From Peptococcaceae bacterium (GTDB taxonomy: Bacteria > Bacillota > Desulfitobacteriia > Desulfitobacteriales > Syntrophobotulaceae): a stretch of DNA of 64,000 nt. Below the pieces are notes generated by a model. The model saw only the letters and a program-made list of their open reading frames with translations. It made no database searches and had not been told where the DNA came from. This document shows, one piece after another, positions 18,736 to 27,688 of this stretch. The translations under genes were made by a program, and so were the position numbers. The stretch spans positions 3,800 to 67,799 of the forward strand of contig JAAYUV010000077.1 in assembly GCA_012517475.1 (NCBI GenBank). The letters are read 5' to 3'. Position 1 is the stretch's first letter. Every line of letters begins with the position of its first letter.

Positions 18736-19072
18736 GCATGTGGAAAATATATTAAATGGAAATAAGCAATTTGAGTTCCGGAAAATACAGTGCAAGTCTG
18801 ACGTGGACAAAATTGTTATTTATTCAACTTCACCTGTAATGCGGGTAGTAGGAGAAGCTGAAGTATTAGATGTGCTTGTCGACACACCTGATAAAGTTTG
18901 GCAAATGACTGCCGAACTTGCTGGAATTACAAAAGATTTTTTTGATAAGTACTTTGAGAATAAAAAAAAAGCTGTGGCTTATAGGTTGGGGAAGGTGCAA
19001 AAGTATCAAAAACCCTTGGAACTTTCGGATTTCGGTATCAACTTTGCACCGCAGTCGTTTGTGTATATTTGA
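18704..19072 (+). CDS. ASCH-domain protein
   Basis: MLLSINPEHVENILNGNKQFEFRK...IVIYSTSPVMRVVGEAEV is the typical ASCH N-terminus. It overlaps the end of the upstream gene and contains an in-frame A9 tract at 18962-18970. Confidence 0.75.
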   Translation: MCKMLLSINPEHVENILNGNKQFEFRKIQCKSDVDKIVIYSTSPVMRVVGEAEVLDVLVDTPDKVWQMTAELAGITKDFFDKYFENKKKAVAYRLGKVQKYQKPLELSDFGINFAPQSFVYI

Positions 19073-19190
19073 TTCTGAATAATTTATTGAGGAAGTTAAA
19101 ATGTTAGATATCCAAAATGATCCTCAAAAGCCAGAGAATTCTTTGAGAGTATATCTGAAGAAAACAGGAGAAGCTTTTCTACTCTTCTGC

Positions 19191-19239
19191 AAAAAAATCC
19201 GGATGAGCATAATTAACTTGTACTCATCCGGATTTTTTT
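19191..19239. terminator. strong bidirectional rho-independent terminator
   Basis: AAAAAAA-TCCGGATGAG-(15-nt loop)-CTCATCCGGA-TTTTTTT. Confidence 0.75.
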
Positions 19240-19316
19240 ATATAGTGTCATTCTCAATTTTTTGTCCCAGCCATTTGCTACAATAAAATTATAAACAAGG
19301 GTAAGGAGGAATCCTT

Positions 19317-20399
19317 TTGGGAAAAGATAAATTTCTTATAATTGTTCATTTTCTAGCAACCGGAATTGTCCGCTGGCACAAAAATTATATAAACTCTGGT
19401 AAGACTTATCCCTATCCAGATGATGTGCAGTTTGGCTTGGATAAGCTGGCCTGTTATAGCCTAACAAAAAACCTGGAATTTCCCCGGAATATTCCGGAAG
19501 CGGTTCAATGGTTTCACCAGCCTCTTCAAACATGGCCGCAGGTTTTAGAAAATTTACTGCCTTTTGCTACGGAAGAAGCATTAATGATAGATAACATGCC
19601 GACGGATCTCTGTTATGAATTGGCTCTGGAAGGTGATGTTGAGCAGGAACTGATGGAAGGATTATTGGTTCAGGTTTTGAATCTCTGCCAAGAACAAGGA
19701 AAAAATGAAGATTACGTCCGCTTCCGCCGTTTTATTATTGAAAATCCAATTTTGGATCGCGCTAAGCTAATCCGTTGGAGCAACAACCTGCAAAACGGCG
19801 TGGCTGCCCGGCTCCTCCAAGATGCCTATGAAGACCTGCCCGCCGGTGCTCTGGGGCCGGAAGGGAAGTATTATCAGTGCCCTCATTGCGGTTGGATTTT
19901 AGAATGGAAGAACGAAAGTGAAGGCCGGTGTATTCATCAACAATGTACGGAAAAGACCAATAATTTTAAGAAACGGAAAGTCCTTGCGGGAACCGGTCTG
20001 GTACGTTTGAAACGCGGTATTATGCGCTTTATCGCCTGGCCGGGCCGCTGGGAATTAAAACTGGAAAGTGATCTCTTAAAACTGCACCACGGTTTAAAAG
20101 TAGATTTATGGCCCGGTTTTGACAGTTATGACCTGCGGCTTACTTTTCCCACCGGTGAAGTGTGGGGGATTGATGTTAAAGATTGGAGAAATCCCTATCT
20201 ATTGGCGAAAAAAGCAGGTGTCTTCCCGCCGTATCCTGTTTGGGACAAGGCATTCTGGATTATCCCGGATTATCAATGGCGGCGTTACAGCCATTATGGA
20301 CAAGAATTCGGGAGATTCCATAAACTTGGCAGCAATGAATTTATCGAATCCCTTGGCGGCTTCCGCCGGAGGGTTCAACGTTTGCTGGAGGTGGAATAA
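19317..20399 (+). CDS. Zn-ribbon plus PD-(D/E)xK restriction-endonuclease-fold protein (candidate pPIWI-RE-associated REase)
   Basis: AAGGAGG SD 7 nt before the TTG start. Zn ribbon: CPHCGW...CIHQQC. Nuclease-like core: SYDLRLTFPTGEVWGIDVKDW. It ends 2 nt before the next gene. Confidence 0.5.
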   Translation: MGKDKFLIIVHFLATGIVRWHKNYINSGKTYPYPDDVQFGLDKLACYSLTKNLEFPRNIPEAVQWFHQPLQTWPQVLENLLPFATEEALMIDNMPTDLCYELALEGDVEQELMEGLLVQVLNLCQEQGKNEDYVRFRRFIIENPILDRAKLIRWSNNLQNGVAARLLQDAYEDLPAGALGPEGKYYQCPHCGWILEWKNESEGRCIHQQCTEKTNNFKKRKVLAGTGLVRLKRGIMRFIAWPGRWELKLESDLLKLHHGLKVDLWPGFDSYDLRLTFPTGEVWGIDVKDWRNPYLLAKKAGVFPPYPVWDKAFWIIPDYQWRRYSHYGQEFGRFHKLGSNEFIESLGGFRRRVQRLLEVE

Positions 20400-20401
20400 C
20401 G

Positions 20402-23400
20402 ATGCGGGATGTAACTGGTTGGAAAAAAAGCTTTGTAAAAGAAATTAAAAAAGCGCTACCGGAAGATACTGGATTAAAAGCGGGAAATTTCTGCGATATC
20501 GAACTCGGGTTGTTTTTATGGTTTAAAATTGCACCGGATGAAGATTGCCACAATTTTTGGACTCTGCTTGCCGGCTGGCCCTTCGCAAACGTATGGCTGA
20601 CTTTAAGCGCTGAAAATAAACAAGCGATTGCTTTCATCCGCTATTATCTGCGTTTCTATAAATCCAACCGTTTCTGGAAAAAGTGCCTGGAAAATTACCG
20701 AGAGATAGGGGAGACCATAAGGCTATTCAATATTGATGAAAATGGTTTGCTTAAGAAAAGAGAACTCTCGATTTGTCCGGAAAGAGTGGATCTGTATACC
20801 CAGGTTCTGCAAACAATGCCTGAAAGTTCTCCAAGTGAGCTAAAATGGGCTGATGAGGGAATTGTTTACTTCCGGACTCCTGAAGACAGTATTGACTCAG
20901 TTGAAATTCCTCCAGAATGGGAAGCTTCTTCTTCAACAAGCAAGTTGCAGCTTAAAGGGAAATCTCAACGCCAGAATTTAATTGTACCTTGGCTGGAATT
21001 AGAAGAGACTGCTTCCTGGATGGATGAGCAATTAAAGAACTCTTTTTACGGGGAACAAATCCGAAAACTTCGTCTGGAATCGCTCGCCAGGGAATGGAAT
21101 TCGGAGCATGGAATTCCATTAAACGGACTGGCTCATATCGTCGGAATGCCGAGTTCCGGTAAATCAACGCTAATGAAGATCTTAGCAGTTTGGGCTGGGC
21201 AAAAGGGTCTCCACACCACCCTGATCGTCGACAATATCGCTTCCGTCTTGGAGCTCACCGCTTTGCTGGGAAAATTCAACTTAGAGGCGGTTCCTATCTT
21301 AGGTGCCTATAACCGCCAGGCCCACTTGGAAAAGACTCATGCTTTAATTCAAGAAAATGGACTGAATCTCGGAAGCATACCACAGCTAACATGGTTAAGC
21401 ACGGTTTGTCCTTTAAACGGCTTACGGGAAGACACATCGGTTCACCAACCGTTTTTACCGGGAAGAGAGCCCTGTACAGCTTTATATAAAGAACATCCTT
21501 GGCAGGCTAAATCGAAGAAGCCCCAGCGTTATCTCTGTCCACTCTTTGAACGCTGCCCGGTTCAAGAGGCAATGTGCCGTTTACTCAAAGCCAATATTTG
21601 GGTTGCTACTCCGGCCAGTTTGATTCATACCTGGCTTCCTGTCCAGTTAACCGGACAAAAGATGCGTATCTGGGAAGCCGTTTACCGGCATAGTGATCTC
21701 CTAATCATGGATGAGGTAGACCGGATCCAGGTTATTTTTGATCAATTCTTTGCTCCCACCCAGGTGCTTGCCGACCATACAGGAAATTCCTGGCTGAATA
21801 AGCTGGGTGAAAACGTTAGCTCTTCCTATTATGGAGGAGGCCGGAGACAATTAGCGGATGCCAATCTGGTCGATTGGCACCGGGCTTATGATAATGTCCA
21901 ATCGTCCATCAATTTGCTTTACACTACGTTATTAAAAAATATCGAGCTTCGTAAATGGCTGGGGCGCAATTATTTTACCACCTGGGGCCTAATGGACCGT
22001 TTGGTGCATGAATGGGAAGCGACTGGTCTTCCTATTTCCACTGCAGAAATGATGAACAAGATGGAAGCTTATATCAAAAATCCTTTTGGCCAGGATACAG
22101 TTCAGGAACTGGCCCAGGCAGCTACTCTGTTTCTGATTGCCCCTGAATCTGAGCTCGGTCGCTCCTTGATTCGTCCCTGGCTCAAATCGCAGGGCATTAA
22201 TCTTATAGATGAGTTTACCGTGGATAAACTGGCTTTGATCGTTGTGTTGGCCATTCTCGAATATTCGCTCTTCACCATGGTGGAGGAATGGGAAGAAGCA
22301 GCCCGGGAATTTAATCTGGATGACGAGGGCTTGGATTTTTTCCGCCACCGGCTGGGAGATTATCAGCCGGTTTTACCGGAAGCTCCTATGGGTAATTTAC
22401 TGGGTTTTCAGTATGTGCAAAGTGATAATAACCGCAATCCGGGTATTATTCGTGTCTTCCGTTTTATGGGCGTTGGACGCTGGCTGTTGGCCAACTTTCC
22501 CGAATTGCTCGCAGACGGAGAAGGAATTACCGGCCCTCACACCTTGCTGTTATCCGGAACCAGTTGGGCTCCGGGGTCGCCTGCTTACCATCTTGCTGTT
22601 CCACCCGCCGCTATCCTGAAAGCTCCGGAAAGCGAGCTGGCCGGCATTGAGGGGAGTGAGATAGATTTTTCACCTGTTTATGACGAACTTGGCAAACCTC
22701 TACGGGTATCCGGGACCAAAGGCCAAGAACGGTTCACGAATCTTCAGCAACTATTAAAAGGGTTGACCGATCCCGGTCGGCAGGGAATGAGCCGTTTAAA
22801 ACGGGAGCTTACCTTGCTTGAACCGCAAAGGCAACGCCTCCTGCTCTTGGTAGGAAGTTACGAGGAAGCCAGAATAACCAAAAACTTTTTTAAGAACCAC
22901 CGGGATTGGGCAGAAAGTGATGTCTGCTGTTTAATCCGGGATAATGAGGACGAGCAAGATGATACCACCGTTCCTCGAGGAATGGTAGAGCAAGTTGCCA
23001 CCCGACAGGCTAAGATTCTCATCGCACCGATGCTGGCGATTGAGCGAGGCCATAACATCTTGAATGAAGACAATGTCGCTGCTTTTGGAAGTGCTTACTT
23101 TTTGGTACGCCCCATGCCTGTTCCCAATGATATGAACAACTACACCCAATATATTAACTGTTGGGCAATGCGTAAATATCAAGACGGGGAATGGCTGAGC
23201 AAAAAATGTTCGGAAGCAAAGATGGGACAAATCGGAACCCAATTCCGCTCTGACGCAAATACGTGCTGGCAATTCCGGGTAAAAAACGAGCACAAAAACC
23301 GTAGCCTTCATAACTGGCCACTCGAAGAAAAACGCGAATTATTCTGGACTCAGTTGGTGCTTATCTGGCAGATTATCGGAAGACTCATCCGAGGAGGCTG

Positions 23401-23632
23401 TAAAGCCCGCGTTCATTTTTGCGATGCTGCCTTTCATTTGGAAACTACCTCCTCGGGAATAAAAGTAAGCGAAGCATCCAGCATGCTCCTGGGAATGAAA
23501 CAGGTTCTTGAACTGTATTTCAAGCCAGAGACTGAAGTAGGATACGACTCCATTTCGGAGGAAGATCGTCGACTGGCTCAAGCTTTATATAAACCGCTTT
23601 ATGAAATGTTAAAAAAGATGAAGGAGATTTAG
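20402..23632 (+). CDS. large SF2 helicase with an Fe-S-type Cys cluster (DinG/XPD-like; candidate pPIWI-RE-associated helicase)
   Basis: P-loop: GMPSSGKST. Cys cluster between motifs I and II: VCPLNG, EPCTALY, YLCPLFERCPVQEAMC. Also ANIWVATPASLI, LLIMDEVDR and LLLSGTSW. Confidence 0.55.
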   Translation: MRDVTGWKKSFVKEIKKALPEDTGLKAGNFCDIELGLFLWFKIAPDEDCHNFWTLLAGWPFANVWLTLSAENKQAIAFIRYYLRFYKSNRFWKKCLENYREIGETIRLFNIDENGLLKKRELSICPERVDLYTQVLQTMPESSPSELKWADEGIVYFRTPEDSIDSVEIPPEWEASSSTSKLQLKGKSQRQNLIVPWLELEETASWMDEQLKNSFYGEQIRKLRLESLAREWNSEHGIPLNGLAHIVGMPSSGKSTLMKILAVWAGQKGLHTTLIVDNIASVLELTALLGKFNLEAVPILGAYNRQAHLEKTHALIQENGLNLGSIPQLTWLSTVCPLNGLREDTSVHQPFLPGREPCTALYKEHPWQAKSKKPQRYLCPLFERCPVQEAMCRLLKANIWVATPASLIHTWLPVQLTGQKMRIWEAVYRHSDLLIMDEVDRIQVIFDQFFAPTQVLADHTGNSWLNKLGENVSSSYYGGGRRQLADANLVDWHRAYDNVQSSINLLYTTLLKNIELRKWLGRNYFTTWGLMDRLVHEWEATGLPISTAEMMNKMEAYIKNPFGQDTVQELAQAATLFLIAPESELGRSLIRPWLKSQGINLIDEFTVDKLALIVVLAILEYSLFTMVEEWEEAAREFNLDDEGLDFFRHRLGDYQPVLPEAPMGNLLGFQYVQSDNNRNPGIIRVFRFMGVGRWLLANFPELLADGEGITGPHTLLLSGTSWAPGSPAYHLAVPPAAILKAPESELAGIEGSEIDFSPVYDELGKPLRVSGTKGQERFTNLQQLLKGLTDPGRQGMSRLKRELTLLEPQRQRLLLLVGSYEEARITKNFFKNHRDWAESDVCCLIRDNEDEQDDTTVPRGMVEQVATRQAKILIAPMLAIERGHNILNEDNVAAFGSAYFLVRPMPVPNDMNNYTQYINCWAMRKYQDGEWLSKKCSEAKMGQIGTQFRSDANTCWQFRVKNEHKNRSLHNWPLEEKRELFWTQLVLIWQIIGRLIRGGCKARVHFCDAAFHLETTSSGIKVSEASSMLLGMKQVLELYFKPETEVGYDSISEEDRRLAQALYKPLYEMLKKMKEI

Positions 23633-23634
23633 AG

Positions 23635-26220
23635 ATGAGCAATAACAAAAAATCGTCCGGCTACCGGTTACAGCCCATGAGTTTTCAGCTCAGGGCCAAT
23701 ATTCAAGTCCAACACCCCATATATTTCTTAACAATTCCAAAAACTTTCCGCGAAGCACTCTCCCGACTAACACAACATTTTTACAGTCAGACAGCAACAA
23801 AAGCAGCAACTCAGGAGTCCCGCTTCAATGTACCTATCGCAAGCTTGAACACTGCTTTACTGGCCTTATTCCCGGAAATAATCACGATTATGAAGTATAC
23901 GTTCATTGAAGGAAACCAGTGGCTCGAAGCGGAACGACCACTGAATTTGGAACACTTTCAAGATGTCCTAAGGTCCTGGCTGTCTACGGAGTTTCAAAAG
24001 GTACAAGGCTCAGCAATCTTTCAGGAAACCTTCGAACTAGTCGAAACAGTAAGTTGGACTTGGGAGAAAAAAGTGGTGGATTTTAGCAATACCGATATTT
24101 GTGAGAACAGGACAGCGTATGCTGAAAATGCCTATTTTTCAGCGTTACCGGACTATATTTGTCAAAGATTAAGCCAGGAGGGTGTACATTTCTCTTTTGG
24201 CAGCGAAGAAAGAGCTTTGTACCGCAGTGAGGAAAATGAAGTGACTTCCTGGCCCCCCTTCGAATACTACAGTAAAAATGGCCGCAAATACTATTACTCG
24301 ATTTCCTTGATTTTTTCCGTTGAAACCATCCCCCAATTCACCAAGCCGATAATCACGATGAATGTTCGCACAAAGCGTTATACCAGCAATTCATTAATCC
24401 TGGAAAATGGTTTTATCATCCTTCCTCCGGATAAAACATCGGTTCTGATGAATATTCCTCCTTACTGGCAATCCTCCGGTAATATGCCAACTCTTTGCCG
24501 AGCCAAGATAGAAGCAGATTGGAATACCCGTACCGTGATATGGACCGATAAACTCGGTGAAATTTTAAACAGACTCAGTTGGCCTTCCCAATTGCCCTCC
24601 GCGCAACAATTAGCTTTAAAACCCCAAGACTATCTTACGAGTGAAAAAGGGATGGCGTTAAGCATTGTTTATCATAACACTATGAGTACGCATGGAGTTA
24701 GACACCCTGTGGGCACCGGCAGTGGCCTGCTAGACAAGAATGACCTTCTCCGCCAGGTAGCGGCAGCGATCCCGGTACTGGAACCGGTCTCAAGCTTGCA
24801 ACGGGTCAGCAAAAATATCCGAAAAAATCTTTTGGTTCAACCTTGGGAAAAAATCTCCGACAGGCAACGACGGCAAAGCCTTGGGGAAATAACCGGCGGA
24901 GAAGTTTCCATAGAGATTCTTTATGATTCTGAAACCACATTAAAAGCTTTAAGAGAAAACGTGTTAAAAATAATCGGTTTTGAAAACATTGCGCCGGAAG
25001 GAAACATTTATAAATCTCCGCAACTTACGCTCTTTTTAACAGAAATACCCATCGGGGAGCTAGGTAATGAACTAAACATCGATACCAGCAAAGGTAAGGT
25101 AAAGATAAAAGATGCAGTCAATGAAAGGATTGCCCTGGTTGAGCAGCGTTTCAGTACAACATTCCGGGTTACAGGAACTTTTGTCGAACTGGCCGCCAAG
25201 ACTGATTTTGATGAACGGGTCGACCCTAAACGGGCCTTAAGAAAAGGCCTGGCTAAAACCGGCCGTGTCAGTCAATTTATTGAAAAAGAAGCAACTTCTG
25301 ATAGCCTAAAAAAGATTAAACAAGAGTCTGCCTTAGAAAAAAGAGCGGAGAATGCCGTACTTGATCTTTTACGTCAATTGGGGTATCTGCCCGAAAGATT
25401 TACTATCCAGATTGTCGGGCAAGAGACCGACACCAGTCCTCTGGACATTTATGCCTTTTGGTTGATCCGGACTAATTCTGCCCAACAGCGCAAACAAAAC
25501 TTACTCCCGCTTGTACTTCACATGCAAAGCGGAAGCAGCGAAATTTTAGCTCGTTACCCTCAAAGCCAGGGATGGCAACCTTATTCTAAAATGTTATTAA
25601 GTTTGGGCCAAATTGCTTCCGGGCAGGAATCGAAACTTCCCGATTCAGAAGTAGCCGGATTCATTCAGAAGATATTGCAGGAGGATATCGTCCCGTCCCA
25701 GAATGCTCTTGTCTTAGTTGACGGTTATAATCTGCGGGCCAAGTGGTACTGGCTTACCGATAAGTGTATCGATCCTTCCCGCCTTTGGGTATCAGAAAAA
25801 AGGCAGGGTTGGGATGTTAAGGATATCCCAGGTATCAGACTGGTACGAATCCGCACGAATGAGGAAGTCCCAGCCGGCTACGGGATTAAAGATGATGGAG
25901 AGTTAGGCTTAACGAGCGGCGTCTTCGCTGCTATGGGAAATGTTTTTTATGGGGTAGCCCCGAAACCCAATACCATGAAAAATTATGGAACTTCGAAAGC
26001 AAAAACCAGAAGGACCAATCAGCCAAATCTTGACCATAAACAGCCTGGATGTGTGGAAATCTATCCTGTTCTAATGCCCGCCGATGACGATCCGGCTGCG
26101 TGGGCGTCATTAGTCCAAAAGATGCGCCAGATGTTACCTTCTTATGATGATTACGCTATTCATCCGTTGCCCATACATTTGTTAAAGAAGGCGGAAGAAT
26201 ATCTTAGTGCCTTAGAGTAA
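23635..26220 (+). CDS. candidate pPIWI-RE (PIWI-RE family, Argonaute-like) protein
   Basis: 861 aa. MID-like basic patch: KRALRKGLAKTGRVSQFI. C-terminal RNase H/PIWI-like blocks: ALVLVDGYNLR, IRLVRIRTNEEVP, VEIYPV. Terminal HPLPIHLLKKAEEY. The operon context matches the published prediction. Confidence 0.5.
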   Translation: MSNNKKSSGYRLQPMSFQLRANIQVQHPIYFLTIPKTFREALSRLTQHFYSQTATKAATQESRFNVPIASLNTALLALFPEIITIMKYTFIEGNQWLEAERPLNLEHFQDVLRSWLSTEFQKVQGSAIFQETFELVETVSWTWEKKVVDFSNTDICENRTAYAENAYFSALPDYICQRLSQEGVHFSFGSEERALYRSEENEVTSWPPFEYYSKNGRKYYYSISLIFSVETIPQFTKPIITMNVRTKRYTSNSLILENGFIILPPDKTSVLMNIPPYWQSSGNMPTLCRAKIEADWNTRTVIWTDKLGEILNRLSWPSQLPSAQQLALKPQDYLTSEKGMALSIVYHNTMSTHGVRHPVGTGSGLLDKNDLLRQVAAAIPVLEPVSSLQRVSKNIRKNLLVQPWEKISDRQRRQSLGEITGGEVSIEILYDSETTLKALRENVLKIIGFENIAPEGNIYKSPQLTLFLTEIPIGELGNELNIDTSKGKVKIKDAVNERIALVEQRFSTTFRVTGTFVELAAKTDFDERVDPKRALRKGLAKTGRVSQFIEKEATSDSLKKIKQESALEKRAENAVLDLLRQLGYLPERFTIQIVGQETDTSPLDIYAFWLIRTNSAQQRKQNLLPLVLHMQSGSSEILARYPQSQGWQPYSKMLLSLGQIASGQESKLPDSEVAGFIQKILQEDIVPSQNALVLVDGYNLRAKWYWLTDKCIDPSRLWVSEKRQGWDVKDIPGIRLVRIRTNEEVPAGYGIKDDGELGLTSGVFAAMGNVFYGVAPKPNTMKNYGTSKAKTRRTNQPNLDHKQPGCVEIYPVLMPADDDPAAWASLVQKMRQMLPSYDDYAIHPLPIHLLKKAEEYLSALE

Positions 26221-26259
26221 AAGACCTGATAACGAATTTGATTTTTGGAGGTTAGAACA

Positions 26260-26470
26260 ATGGAATTTAATAATACCATTAGTTATGATGTGGATAATAG
26301 CGCTGAACGCATGGATGAGATCCTTAATGCCGGAAATGACAATTTTTCCGACAAGGACTCTGTGCCTTTACGAAGTACCCTTACCTATACAAATGGCTTT
26401 TATCTTAATGTAACTTCTGTTTTGTCGATATCGTGGGATCTTCAGATATGACAGACCAACATAAAAATAA
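26260..26470 (+). pseudogene. N-terminal remnant of a class III nucleotidyl cyclase (frameshifted and truncated)
   Basis: MEFNNTISYD...SVPLRSTLTYTNGFYLNVTSVL, then after a 1-nt shift, VDIVGSSDMTDQHKNK*. This matches the (F)xDIxGS(S/T) metal-binding motif of class III cyclases. The rest of the gene is absent. Confidence 0.4.
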
Positions 26471-26497
26471 GTGAACGGTATGAAGGAGCCTAACCTA

Positions 26498-27688
26498 ATG
26501 AAACTTATGCACATCGCCGACCTGCATATCGGCAAACGCGTCAACGAATTCAGCATGCTGGAGGACCAAAAGTTCATATTAAACGAAATCTTGCGCCTGG
26601 TAGACGAGGTCAGACCTTCTGCCATCCTGATGGCCGGGGACATCTATGATAAAAGCGTTCCGGCGGGGGAGGCGGTGGAAGTCCTGGATGAGTTCCTGAC
26701 CGAGCTTGTGGCCCGCGAGGTGCAGATATTTATCGTCAGCGGCAACCATGACTCGCCGGAGCGCTTAAACTTCGGCAGCCGTATAATGGAGAAAAACGGG
26801 GTGCATATCGCCGGAACTTTTGACGGGTTGCTTAAGCAAATCACACTGACGGATGAGTTCGGACCGGTGAATATTTTTCTTTTGCCCTTTATTAAGCCTG
26901 CGATGGTGCAGCCTTATTTTGCCGATCAAGAGCTTGGGTCCTATGAGGATGCCGTACGTGTGGTCATTAACGCTTCCCGGGTTAATACGGAGGAACGGAA
27001 CATCCTGGTGGCCCACCAGTTTATTACCAGCAACGGCAAAGAGCCCGAACGTTCCGAATCCGAAACCGTTGCCGTTGGCGGCTTGGATAATATCGACGCA
27101 TCTGTCTTCAAGCCTTTTGATTATGTGGCGCTCGGACACCTGCACGGACCGCAGTCCATCGGCAGGGAAACCGTTCGTTATGCCGGTTCGCCACTCAAAT
27201 ATTCCTTTTCCGAGGTCCGCCAGCATAAATCCGTAACCATTCTGGAATTTGCCCAAAAAGGCACATTGGATATCCAGTTCCTTTCCCTAACGCCCCGGCG
27301 CGATATGCGGGAGATCAAGGGGCCACTGGCGGAGCTGGTGCGGGCGGGACTTTCCACAGGCGATTCTGCCGGAATTCCTGCGGCGGTTTCATCTGAGAGC
27401 CTTTGCCAGGATTATATCCGGGCGGTCTTAACCGATGAGGATGAGGTTTATGATGCGATCGGACAGCTGCGCCAAGTATACCCCAGCGTCATGCGCATTG
27501 ATTTTGAAAACAGCCGCAGCAGGCAGGGTGGGGACTCCAAGTCGGCAGCCTCGGGGGATGTAGCCCGGAAAAGCCCTATGGAATTGTTTGAAGAATTTTA
27601 TATCAAGCAGAATAACACGGAGATGACGGAAGAGCAGCGGCAAATCATGCAGGAAGTACTGGAGCAGGCGGGGGGTGCGGACAGATGA
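26498..27688 (+). CDS. sbcD: exonuclease SbcCD, nuclease subunit D (Mre11-like)
   Basis: MKLMHIADLHIGK, GDIYD, GNHDS and HQF phosphoesterase motifs. GAAGGAG lies 9 nt upstream of the ATG at 26498; the ORF track starts at a GTG at 26471. Confidence 0.9.
   Translation: MKLMHIADLHIGKRVNEFSMLEDQKFILNEILRLVDEVRPSAILMAGDIYDKSVPAGEAVEVLDEFLTELVAREVQIFIVSGNHDSPERLNFGSRIMEKNGVHIAGTFDGLLKQITLTDEFGPVNIFLLPFIKPAMVQPYFADQELGSYEDAVRVVINASRVNTEERNILVAHQFITSNGKEPERSESETVAVGGLDNIDASVFKPFDYVALGHLHGPQSIGRETVRYAGSPLKYSFSEVRQHKSVTILEFAQKGTLDIQFLSLTPRRDMREIKGPLAELVRAGLSTGDSAGIPAAVSSESLCQDYIRAVLTDEDEVYDAIGQLRQVYPSVMRIDFENSRSRQGGDSKSAASGDVARKSPMELFEEFYIKQNNTEMTEEQRQIMQEVLEQAGGADR

Noticed and set aside
26471-26497. 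An N-terminal extension of sbcD from the GTG at 26471 (MNGMKEPNL...).
   Set aside because: GAAGGAG sits 9 nt upstream of the ATG at 26498, and MKLMHIADLH is the canonical SbcD N-terminus.
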